IMG/VR virus record: IMGVR_UViG_3300006071_000014
Coordinates: 1 to 60,345 of that record
Direction: 5' to 3' (one strand)
Length of the DNA: 60,345 bases
From: a virus
Taxonomy: Duplodnaviria; Caudoviricetes
Of this stretch, positions 41,306-49,665 are shown piece after piece. Below the pieces are notes generated by a model that was given only the letters and a program-made list of their open reading frames with translations, made no database searches and was not told the DNA's origin. A program made the translations under genes and the position numbers. The stretch's first letter is position 1. Each line of letters starts with the position of its first letter.

Positions 41306-41629
41306 ATGAGCAAAATGAGCACAGACACCGCAACCAAATCTAAAGTTAAAATCGCACCACGTCTTGATTTAACTGCGCCACCGCGCTTTAAAGTTATTTT
41401 TATGAATGATAATGTAACAACTGTTCAGTTTGTCATGGCTGTACTACAAGAAGTTTTTGATCATAATGAAGATAGTGCAATGATATTGACTGCTAGAATT
41501 CATGAAGAGGGTCAAGCAAGTGTTGCTGTTCTGCCATTTGAAATTGCAGAAAGCAAGGCTGTAGAAGCAACGCTACTCGCTCGTACTAATAGTTTTCCAC
41601 TCAATGTAAAGATTGAACCAGAAGTTTAA
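41306..41629 (+). CDS. clpS: Clp protease adaptor ClpS
   Basis: PPRFKVIFMNDNVTTVQFV..IHEEG..EIAESK..FPL. Confidence 0.88.
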   Translation: MSKMSTDTATKSKVKIAPRLDLTAPPRFKVIFMNDNVTTVQFVMAVLQEVFDHNEDSAMILTARIHEEGQASVAVLPFEIAESKAVEATLLARTNSFPLNVKIEPEV

Positions 41630-42402
41630 ATTTCAATTAATTTTGGAAAGTAAGCGAATCCGATGTTTTCTTCTTCTCGCCCACGAGGATGACAAACATA
41701 TCTGATTCCGTCTATAACTTCGTCATATTGTTTATGAACATGTCCAAAACACCATGTATCAATTTTTTTATTGGTGTTTGCATCTAATACAACTGACATA
41801 AGACTATTACCAGTACGCCCCATGTGACATAAATCCATGTTAGGATTTATATATCTGAATTTTTTCAATGGGCTTGTATGCGTAACTACAACTATTTTTC
41901 TAATGCGTGGATCATCATTAAAAATTTCAACTTGGTTTAACAGTGTTTTGGCATCCATCTTAGCACTAATGAATATTTCACTTAACAGCTTCTCGCTATA
42001 AGTTGCATCTATTAGAGAATTCCAACAATCTACTGTTTGAACTTCTGGCTGACAAAAATCAAAAGTCCACCAACCATTGCATCCAACAAATGCTATATCA
42101 TCAAGGACAATTGCACTCTTATACAGATAAGTTATATTTGGGTTATCTTTTAACCGTTCTTGAAATTTATAACAATTTTCAGTAATGTTGGTTTGATGAT
42201 TATGTTCGTGATTACCTTCAACAAATATCACATGGCGGTAATAATTGCTCATTTCTACCAATGTATTATAGCTATAATCCCAATTATTAGAGATGTCACC
42301 AGCTACAACAGCAACCAAACTAGTTCCTAAACCTTTATACTTTAGTAACTTATCTGGAGACCACCAATTGTCATGTAAATCGCTATACAAATCAAAATGC
42401 AT
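41626..42402 (-). CDS. Calcineurin-like metallophosphoesterase
   Basis: SDLH, AGD, GNHE, THTSP, FGHVH. Confidence 0.85.
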   Translation of the reverse strand: MHFDLYSDLHDNWWSPDKLLKYKGLGTSLVAVVAGDISNNWDYSYNTLVEMSNYYRHVIFVEGNHEHNHQTNITENCYKFQERLKDNPNITYLYKSAIVLDDIAFVGCNGWWTFDFCQPEVQTVDCWNSLIDATYSEKLLSEIFISAKMDAKTLLNQVEIFNDDPRIRKIVVVTHTSPLKKFRYINPNMDLCHMGRTGNSLMSVVLDANTNKKIDTWCFGHVHKQYDEVIDGIRYVCHPRGREEENIGFAYFPKLIEI

Positions 42403-42440
42403 TTTTTTAATACCTACTGTAATTATGAATATATAAATGC

Positions 42441-42800
42441 ATGAACATAATTTTTGATAAGAAAACAGTTGAAGTATTGCGTGACCGATATACTGTATTA
42501 GAACTTGATACAGTAATGCAACCAGGCATGTCAGAACCGCTTGTTCTTTATGCAGTTCTTGAAGTTAATAATATAGCTGATATTGCAACAATACAATTCT
42601 TTAAAGAAATGCATGAAAAACTTATCATTGAATACAAAAGTGGAAATTGGCAAACGGCAATTGAACTTGCTTCAATTTTACGCGAACAATTTAATAACGA
42701 ACTTACAGAATTTTATGATTTAGTTATTGACTTTTCTACAGAATCTGCTAAAGTAAATAGAAGTTGGGATGGCGTAAAGCACACCGTTCCTAAAGAATAA
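42441..42800 (+). CDS. Hypothetical protein
   Basis: 119-aa ORF divergent from the phosphoesterase. Confidence 0.6.
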   Translation: MNIIFDKKTVEVLRDRYTVLELDTVMQPGMSEPLVLYAVLEVNNIADIATIQFFKEMHEKLIIEYKSGNWQTAIELASILREQFNNELTEFYDLVIDFSTESAKVNRSWDGVKHTVPKE

Positions 42801-42806
42801 GTTAAT

Positions 42807-42888
42807 GCCTGGTTGGCTCAGTGGCGACAGCACCGCTTTTGTAAGGCGGAATACAACAACGGGGGTTCGAGTCCCTCACCAGGCACCA
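42807..42888 (+). tRNA. tRNA-Thr(UGU) with enlarged variable loop
   Basis: GCCTGGT/ACCAGGC-ACCA; anticodon arm CCGCT-TTTGTAA-GGCGG; T-loop TTCGAGT. Confidence 0.85.
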
Positions 42889-42905
42889 TTTTTTAAGGAA
42901 GAGTT

Positions 42906-43715
42906 ATGTCACGCTATTGGTCCGAAACAAAATTATTTTACTGGCTTCGTGAAAAATTTGGTATTGAAAAACCAGTTGCCCTCGAATGGGGCGCTTGGTC
43001 AGTGTGGAAGCGTGAGACCAAAGCCGCACATCCTATCGGCTATTGGGTAACTGAAACCTTTCCTCGTATCGTAGATAAGATTGATCGCAATACTGTTGGA
43101 CATATTGATAATATTCGTTATTATCTGCGTAATCGGTTCTGGCGTCAAACTCATGTTCTTCCAACAGGTTTGCCTGTTGGTGAATATCATGATTTAGATG
43201 AGCGTATTCTTCATAGTATCATGCAAGGTATTGTTGATTATGTTGAAAAAGAAGTGGCGTGGAAAAGTCGTTGGTTAAACACTGAGTCAAGCAAGACGGC
43301 TGTGTGGAAAAACGGTCGTTGCCCTGAACTTGGCTTGGCATCCCTAAAGTGGGAAATGGGTTTGTTCTACGATGAATCATGGGGCATGGAACCAACCGAT
43401 CCAAAATTTGGTACATTGACTGACCAAGCGCAGCGAGCCATTGATGTAATGAAACTTTATATCTGGTGGAAGTTTGATCGTCCAAAGCGTCCTGATGTGC
43501 ATGATGCAAGTGATTGGACTCAGTATTGTAAAGATATGGAAGAAAAGTATGGTGCAGATCATATCTTTGAAAGTCGTGACCAAGAAACTCCAGAAGAACG
43601 AGCACGTGGTCGTGCGGCACTAGATAAATCGTTTGAAATTGAAGCAGCATATGAAGCAGAAGATACTGCGATGTTGATGAAGGTAATTGAAATTCGCAAG
43701 GGTTTGTGGACTTAA
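42906..43715 (+). CDS. Hypothetical protein (Trp-rich)
   Basis: 269-aa ORF with AAGGA RBS. Confidence 0.65.
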   Translation: MSRYWSETKLFYWLREKFGIEKPVALEWGAWSVWKRETKAAHPIGYWVTETFPRIVDKIDRNTVGHIDNIRYYLRNRFWRQTHVLPTGLPVGEYHDLDERILHSIMQGIVDYVEKEVAWKSRWLNTESSKTAVWKNGRCPELGLASLKWEMGLFYDESWGMEPTDPKFGTLTDQAQRAIDVMKLYIWWKFDRPKRPDVHDASDWTQYCKDMEEKYGADHIFESRDQETPEERARGRAALDKSFEIEAAYEAEDTAMLMKVIEIRKGLWT

Positions 43716-43718
43716 ATT

Positions 43719-44237
43719 ATGCCATCTAAAAAAGAACTTCCACAAGGTTATTATGTTTATGCACATTTAAGACAAGGTGATTTATTGCCATATTATATTG
43801 GCAAGGGTAAAGGAAGTAGAGCATGGAATACACATGGTAGGAGACTACCAATACCATCTGATAAAAATAGAATACAAATTCTTGCTGATAATTTAACCGA
43901 AGAAGAAGCATTAGAACTTGAAAAGAAACTTATTGAGTCATATGGGCGTGAAGTCAACGGAACTGGTATTCTTTTTAATGTAACCAAAGGCGGCGAGGCG
44001 GGATTTTCTGATAACGATTACTATTACAAATATATTAGAAAGAAACATCTTATTGGCATAGAGCAAGCAAAACTTGATGGACGTTATAGGGGGAGAGAAC
44101 CTACTGCTAGAAGCCAATCTCAAAAAGTTTTGGATATGAAAGAAAAAAATTTTAATGTGCAAGAAATTATGTTAGAATGTAAAATAAGTCGTGCAAGTTA
44201 TTATAGAATATTAAAGGATAATGCGACCTTAGCTTAA
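43719..44237 (+). CDS. GIY-YIG nuclease fused to resolvase-type C-terminal HTH
   Basis: YYVYAHLR..PYYIGKG..RA; GILFN; GIEQAKLDGRYRGREPTAR...ISRASYYRILK. Confidence 0.75.
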   Translation: MPSKKELPQGYYVYAHLRQGDLLPYYIGKGKGSRAWNTHGRRLPIPSDKNRIQILADNLTEEEALELEKKLIESYGREVNGTGILFNVTKGGEAGFSDNDYYYKYIRKKHLIGIEQAKLDGRYRGREPTARSQSQKVLDMKEKNFNVQEIMLECKISRASYYRILKDNATLA

Positions 44238-44299
44238 CGGTTAAAGCGGGTGTCTCTAAAACACCGACAATATGGGTTCAAATCCCATAGGACGCACCA
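44223..44299 (+). tRNA. Amber suppressor tRNA (anticodon CUA)
   Basis: GCGACCT/AGGACGC-ACCA (one mismatch); D-stem GCTT/AAGC; anticodon arm GGTGT-CTCTAAA-ACACC; T-arm ATGGG-TTCAAAT-CCCAT. Confidence 0.85.
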
Positions 44300-44317
44300 A
44301 CTATTGGTAAATATAAG

Positions 44318-44476
44318 ATGAAATCAACAGCACGACATGTAGGCAGCGTAAATTTAAGAGGAAAGAAATATCTAACTTTACGCTGTGGCTGCTGTGAGGC
44401 ACAGAATTTTAAAGAACGTGAACTAAAACGTGAACACCTAAAACTAATTAAACAGGAGAAAGCAAATATGTCATAG
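44318..44476 (+). CDS. 52-aa basic protein with CGCC motif, ending in TAG in frame with the next ORF
   Basis: MKSTARHVGSVNLRGKKYLTLRCGCCEAQNF...ANMS*; TAAATA 4 nt before ATG. Confidence 0.55.
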   Translation: MKSTARHVGSVNLRGKKYLTLRCGCCEAQNFKERELKREHLKLIKQEKANMS

Positions 44477-45055
44477 GTAGAATTAGCATGTAAAGAAGCA
44501 GTGTTTCATTTTAACAAGAAGCACTTAGAAGACCCATCAATCCCAATGTGGATTATTATGGCCAAAGGCAAAACATATTATGTTGATCATGTTGAAGCCA
44601 ACTTGCCTTGGACCACCAAAGAAACTCCAACCAATGTAAAAACCAAAGGCGCAATCAAATTCAAAGATTGCCTTGTCACAATTGATACAGATAATTGTGC
44701 AAAACTTACTGTTCTTACCAAAGCAGATGAAATAAGATTACGCAACGCAGAGCGTGGTATTACTCGTATTATTACCAAATTTGGTGCTTCACTTACCGAA
44801 GTATTGCAATCTCTTGACATCAAACATACGCCTATCAAACGCATAGGCGGTGGTTGTGGCAGTAGTTTTTATATCACGGATATCATGCGAGAAGAAGATA
44901 TGACCATGCTTTCCATCGCTATGATTGGAAAAGGTGACTTTCGTATTCTTATGCCAAATGAAACATATTATGGTTGGTATAATAATGGCAATGCAGATGA
45001 TATGGATGAAGATGAAAAATTATATGATTATGATGACGATGATGAATATGCTTGA
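44468..45055 (+). CDS. Hypothetical protein with in-frame TAG at codon 3 (readthrough candidate)
   Basis: CAGGAG-N8-ATG TCA TAG GTA GAA TTA GCA TGT AAA GAA GCA GTG TTT CAT..., continuous with ORF 44501-45055. Confidence 0.65.
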
Positions 45056-45080
45056 CACACAATATTAAATATCCTACAAT
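45052..45080 (+). promoter_or_regulatory. Sigma70-type promoter for the downstream ncRNA
   Basis: TTGACA-N17-TACAAT. Confidence 0.7.
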
Positions 45081-45083
45081 AGA

Positions 45084-45284
45084 TTTTTAACGGTGGCACG
45101 GCTGTGCTAAAAGGTTGGAGCGAGTATAACTAAAAACCGAATGTGAGGGATGCATACCGAGATCAACGGGCTGGACAGGTGAGAGACCTGTGGAAGGTAA
45201 TGGTGATTGCGTAAGGCAGTTGAAACCCGAAAACTATTGACCAAACTAAAACCATCGTGGGGATAGCAACCCGCCCGTTAAAAA
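45084..45284 (+). ncRNA. Unidentified ~200-nt structured RNA
   Basis: GC-richer intergenic block closed by TTTTTAACGG/CCGTTAAAAA; several internal stems; promoters on both sides. Confidence 0.55.
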
Positions 45285-45341
45285 ACTATTGACAAACTGC
45301 AGACTATATAGTATATTAGGAAAATAGAAAAAAGAGAGTAT

Positions 45342-45539
45342 ATGACAATGTTGATTATGGGTTATAAAGGCAAGCCAGATTGGACCAAGATTCGTGCGTC
45401 GTTTAAACGTTGTACTGATTTGCAAACGCATGATATTGAAAAGATTGTCAAAAACGTTAAGGATGGCAAAACCGAGACCATTCCAAATGATCATACCTTG
45501 TATGATGACCTTAAGGAACTTGGCATCCTTATCAAGTAA
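45342..45539 (+). CDS. Small protein, weak resemblance to the bL12 C-terminal domain
   Basis: Own promoter TTGACA-N17-TATATT (45289-45317); KIRASFKRCTDL...DLKELGILIK. Confidence 0.55.
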   Translation: MTMLIMGYKGKPDWTKIRASFKRCTDLQTHDIEKIVKNVKDGKTETIPNDHTLYDDLKELGILIK

Positions 45540-45582
45540 ATGACATAATCCCACTAAATAATAATTAGTGGGATTTATTATT

Positions 45583-46278
45583 TTGATAAATGAATATTGG
45601 ACCAAGATCAATCACCTTGTAGAATTTAATCGCTTTATTGAACAAGCGCAGATTAAATCTGATATTATAACTAGGGTATTTCAATTATTGAATACTAACC
45701 CTAGAGTTATATTGTTTCCTAAATTTAACCCAATCGTATTATTATTAGAAAAACATCACACATGTTATGTGGTTGATGATCAAAGCGTAAAATATACTTG
45801 GCAAAGTGAAAGCCAATTCATTGATAAGATTACGGATGTTCCAACTACGGTTGATGTAACAATTGCGCTTGATGAATATTTTACCTATGCTAACAGTGAA
45901 ACTGAACAACGAAATATGGTTGCAGAAATAAAATCTGTTACTAAAGGTTACTTAATTACTACTATCCAAGATTATAAAAATAACGCACCTCACAAGCGTA
46001 ATCAAGTTGATACTTTTATCAACGACGATACAATTGTACTTGAACAAAATATAATGGATAAAATTAATCGTCAGAACTGGAAAAATCATATATACTTCAT
46101 AGAGAATCAAAAAGATTTAACTGTTCTTGGTCCTATAGACCGTCGCACAATGTACTTTAAGCAACTGGCAAAATATACCAGTGACTTAGGCGGAACAAAT
46201 TACGTTGTACAAAAGAACTTGTTATATCGTGGATTCTTTAAAAAGAATTATGAACACATTATTACAGTACAGTTCTGA
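45583..46278 (+). CDS. Hypothetical protein, possible degenerate methyltransferase fold
   Basis: VDVTIALDEYFTY...GYLITTIQDY; TTG start likely. Confidence 0.5.
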   Translation: MINEYWTKINHLVEFNRFIEQAQIKSDIITRVFQLLNTNPRVILFPKFNPIVLLLEKHHTCYVVDDQSVKYTWQSESQFIDKITDVPTTVDVTIALDEYFTYANSETEQRNMVAEIKSVTKGYLITTIQDYKNNAPHKRNQVDTFINDDTIVLEQNIMDKINRQNWKNHIYFIENQKDLTVLGPIDRRTMYFKQLAKYTSDLGGTNYVVQKNLLYRGFFKKNYEHIITVQF

Positions 46279-46286
46279 GGTGAAAT

Positions 46287-47465
46287 TTGGTTGAAATTAA
46301 TTTAGAATCTACGATAGCGGCAACTGTTCGCGCAAATGTAGAACAATACTTACAACAAGTTGATCTTAACACGATCATTGCAGATGCACTTCAAAAAAGT
46401 GTATCAAGTATTGTTATGAACCTAACAAGCAAAATTTTTAATGACATTGTTAGCAAACGTGATTTATCTAATGAAGTTAGCACACTTGTTAATAGTATTA
46501 TGGCTGATCAGTTACTAACAGTTGGTACTAATCTTGTTAGTGATATGGTCAATAATGCTAATATTAATAATTTAATTATTGAAGGTGTTGATAAAAAAGT
46601 TCAAAATACTTTATTAAATTTTAACTTTCCTACACGCAGCATACCTTTTAATAGTATTAATATGGAAGGCGCACTTATTGATCCTAGCTTAATTGATAGT
46701 GGTAAAATTAAAAAATTTAGTAGTAGTGGAATTAATGATGAAGCAACAGCCGTTCAACTTACTATTACCGATGAAGGTATCATTACCACCAATAATATTA
46801 CTGCTGAGAATTTATTAATTGCTGATAATAGTTTTGTAAAAAACTTAACTGTCGATGGTGATTTAGTATTATCTGGTAATATTTTGCAAAGCAACAGTTT
46901 TGATGAATATATTACAAATATTACAAATAAAATAAGCAGCGACATATTTAATAATAGCGATATTAATATATCTAATCGTAAGTTATTAGATGGCGACAGA
47001 TATATTGTTAATAGCGATAGTCTTGGTCCGCATATTATCAATAGCAATCTTCGCAAGGTTGGAAACCTTAATGAACTTGTTGTAAGCGGTCAAGCTATTA
47101 TTCACGAAACACTTGTTGTTACTAATAATAAAGTTGGTATTAATACTGAAAGTGCAAGTGGTGCGTTAAGTGTGTGGGATGAAGATAGTGAATTTACTCT
47201 AGTAAAGCACAGCCCAAAGACTATGTATGCTGGCAGCACTCGTGTAACAGATGTAATTCTTGGAAGCAATAATCAAGAACAAATTGGTTTGCGAACAAGT
47301 GGAATTATAGAATTAAATGGTCCAGTTAGATTTAATGGGTTATTAATAAACATTGTAGATCGTATTCCAGAACAAGTTGGTGAGCCTGGCGAAATTGCTG
47401 TCATGCGTGATGGCACGGCTATATACAGATGCCAAGGTCAAACTACATGGGGGAAGATTCTATAA
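46287..47465 (+). CDS. Hypothetical, probably structural/fibre-like protein
   Basis: Helical N-half; SNLRKVGNLNELVVSG and KVGINTE fibre-like motifs. Confidence 0.55.
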   Translation: MVEINLESTIAATVRANVEQYLQQVDLNTIIADALQKSVSSIVMNLTSKIFNDIVSKRDLSNEVSTLVNSIMADQLLTVGTNLVSDMVNNANINNLIIEGVDKKVQNTLLNFNFPTRSIPFNSINMEGALIDPSLIDSGKIKKFSSSGINDEATAVQLTITDEGIITTNNITAENLLIADNSFVKNLTVDGDLVLSGNILQSNSFDEYITNITNKISSDIFNNSDINISNRKLLDGDRYIVNSDSLGPHIINSNLRKVGNLNELVVSGQAIIHETLVVTNNKVGINTESASGALSVWDEDSEFTLVKHSPKTMYAGSTRVTDVILGSNNQEQIGLRTSGIIELNGPVRFNGLLINIVDRIPEQVGEPGEIAVMRDGTAIYRCQGQTTWGKIL

Positions 47466-47572
47466 TGCGTATTTTTAAATGGATTTATAATATTTTTGAT
47501 GATATGATATACAAATATAAGCGTCGTCGTTTGCTCAAAGAATTACGCAAACGTGACCCATTTGTATATTGA
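47465..47572 (+). CDS. 35-aa peptide preceding the carbamoyltransferase
   Basis: MRIFKWIYNIFDDMIYKYKRRRLLKELRKRDPFVY; TAATG-coupled; not in the ORF track. Confidence 0.6.
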   Translation: MRIFKWIYNIFDDMIYKYKRRRLLKELRKRDPFVY

Positions 47573-47578
47573 GGAAAG

Positions 47579-49042
47579 ATGTTATTAGGTATCAATGCTA
47601 ACAATCATGATGCAAGTATCACTCTTGTTGATGGGTCTAATATTTTGTTTGCTGGTCACGCTGAACGGTATAGCAGAGTAAAAAACGATTCACATCTTAA
47701 TGAAGCACTAATTGATGATGCGTTACAATATGGCATACCAGATAAAATATTGTGGTATGAACAGCCGTGGAAACGAGCAGTTCGTAATCTTATAAGTGGT
47801 CAGCGTCCGTTACACTATAACTTAAACAACTATCTTAAAAAATATGGTTTGGGCAAAATACCAGTTGTAACCACACCTCACCATGGTGCGCATGCTGCTA
47901 TGGGTTATTATACCAGTAGTTTTAGTGATGCAGCCGTAGTAGTTATTGATGCTATTGGTGAATATGAATGCACTTCAATATGGCGTGGGCATGGAGATAA
48001 ACTTACTAAAGTTTGGAGTAATGTTTATCCACAAAGTATTGGGCTATTCTATAGTGCTATCACAGATTATCTTGGGTTTAAGCCCAATGAAGAAGAATAT
48101 ATTGTCATGGGCATGGCAGCATACGGCGAACCAAAGCATCTTAAAGCAATGCTTAATGAGTTCTTTGGTGCATGGTCACCGCCTCACATAGAGTTTAAGC
48201 ATAACCTACATCGTGGTATGCGTTGGTGGTCCAAGCCTAAAGATGAAAATTGGAAACCAGAAGATATTGCAGCATCTGCACAAGCCTTATATGAACAATA
48301 CTTAATGGCAATTTGTCGCTATGCTCGTGATGTGATTAGCAGTGATAATCTTGTATTGGTAGGTGGTTGCGCACTTAATTGCGTGGCAAACAGCCGATTG
48401 AAAACATTTATTGGGTTTAGCAAAATATGGGTGCCACCAAATCCTGGCGATAGTGGTTTAAGTTTAGGTGCAATTACCTATCATACCAAGAAGCATGTGA
48501 ATCTGAACCATGCGTTTCTTGGTTATAACATTGATCGTAAGGTAGATGTTCGTGCTGTTGTTGATGCGTTAGAAGCAGGTCAAGTTGTAGGTATTGCCAA
48601 TGGTCGTGCAGAGTTTGGTCCGCGTGCGTTGGGCAATCGTTCGCTACTTGCAGACCCTCGTGGTGACGATGTAAAAAACCGTGTAAATGCGATTAAGAAA
48701 CGTGAGCCATTTCGTCCGTTTGCTCCTATTATACTAAAAAGTTTCTTTAGCGATTACTTTTATAGTAAGATGCGAGTAAATCATGATTATATGCAATGGG
48801 CAGATGCGTGTCTATCACCTGGCACTTTTCCAGCAATCTGTCATGTAGATGGAACCTCTCGTGTTCAAACAATTGACCAACCTACGCCAAGTATTACATA
48901 CAAAATATTAGAAGCATGGTATGCAAGAACTCGTTGTCCAATGTTGCTTAACACTAGTCTTAATATTAAAGGCGAGCCATTAGTGAATACATGGGCAGAT
49001 GCTCAACGATTTAGCGAATTACATAATATTACGGTGTTCTAA
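47579..49042 (+). CDS. Carbamoyltransferase (NodU/CmcH family)
   Basis: HDAS, ERYSRVKND, HHGAHA, VMGMAAYG, GGCALNC, EFGPRALGNRS, KREPFRPFAP, LNTSLN. Confidence 0.93.
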   Translation: MLLGINANNHDASITLVDGSNILFAGHAERYSRVKNDSHLNEALIDDALQYGIPDKILWYEQPWKRAVRNLISGQRPLHYNLNNYLKKYGLGKIPVVTTPHHGAHAAMGYYTSSFSDAAVVVIDAIGEYECTSIWRGHGDKLTKVWSNVYPQSIGLFYSAITDYLGFKPNEEEYIVMGMAAYGEPKHLKAMLNEFFGAWSPPHIEFKHNLHRGMRWWSKPKDENWKPEDIAASAQALYEQYLMAICRYARDVISSDNLVLVGGCALNCVANSRLKTFIGFSKIWVPPNPGDSGLSLGAITYHTKKHVNLNHAFLGYNIDRKVDVRAVVDALEAGQVVGIANGRAEFGPRALGNRSLLADPRGDDVKNRVNAIKKREPFRPFAPIILKSFFSDYFYSKMRVNHDYMQWADACLSPGTFPAICHVDGTSRVQTIDQPTPSITYKILEAWYARTRCPMLLNTSLNIKGEPLVNTWADAQRFSELHNITVF

Positions 49043-49635
49043 TGCAGGTGAGTATTATTGGTGATAGTTTCACTCACACTTACAAAAATACATGGATAGA
49101 AAAAGTTTGTAATGAACTTAATTTAGAAGTCATTCACCATTCAGGATTTCGTGGGCAAGCGCAATATAGAATATATCTTGAATTTTTAGAAACTATAAAA
49201 AACAATCCAGATGTTATTATCTGCTGTCATACCGAGCATACTAGATTTTACAATAAAGATGGTAGCAGAGAATGGTTACTTGATGATGAAGATTTTGGCA
49301 AGTATATTTTTAATTCTATTCTGCGAGATATGCAAGAAATATGCAAAAAACGCAATATTAAACTTATAAACATTCCATGCTTCGAACATGATTTTATAAA
49401 TAAAACGCATGGTCTATGGATTTTGTCCAATGGTGGATTAGTAAATTGCAGCAGAGCAGATTATAACCGAGAATATAACAAGAATTGGACTACGTTTGAA
49501 GACCCAAGATTAAACCATTTTAGTGCAAATGGACATCAAGTTTTAGCCCAAAGTTTAATTCCACATATTAAAACGTATATTACTACCGACCAAGAGTTTC
49601 ATATTTCCCTACTTTATCCTGAAATATTTGCTTGA
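49042..49635 (+). CDS. SGNH-like hypothetical protein
   Basis: IIGDSFT; NHFSANGHQVLA. Confidence 0.55.
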   Translation: MQVSIIGDSFTHTYKNTWIEKVCNELNLEVIHHSGFRGQAQYRIYLEFLETIKNNPDVIICCHTEHTRFYNKDGSREWLLDDEDFGKYIFNSILRDMQEICKKRNIKLINIPCFEHDFINKTHGLWILSNGGLVNCSRADYNREYNKNWTTFEDPRLNHFSANGHQVLAQSLIPHIKTYITTDQEFHISLLYPEIFA

Positions 49636-49665
49636 CATTGCGTTTAATTGTGTTATATTCTTACT

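Noticed and set aside
42807-42888. tRNA-Tyr(GUA) reading
   Set aside because: The stem only pairs with TGT centred in the 7-nt loop.
42805-43050. 81-aa ORF
   Set aside because: Overlaps tRNA-Thr and the 42906 gene.
44223-44299. tRNA-Pyl
   Set aside because: Shares the CUCUAAA loop but has a canonical D-loop GG, TTC T-loop and 5-bp anticodon stem; no pyl genes in the window.
44300-44360. Theta (HDV-like) ribozyme after the suppressor tRNA
   Set aside because: The sequence after CCA is AT-rich, with no recognisable nested pseudoknot.
45084-45284. RNase P, 6S, hammerhead or a known riboswitch
   Set aside because: Diagnostic motifs (GAGGAAAGUCC, CUGAUGA..GAAA, continuous 6S rod) were not found by eye; left unassigned.
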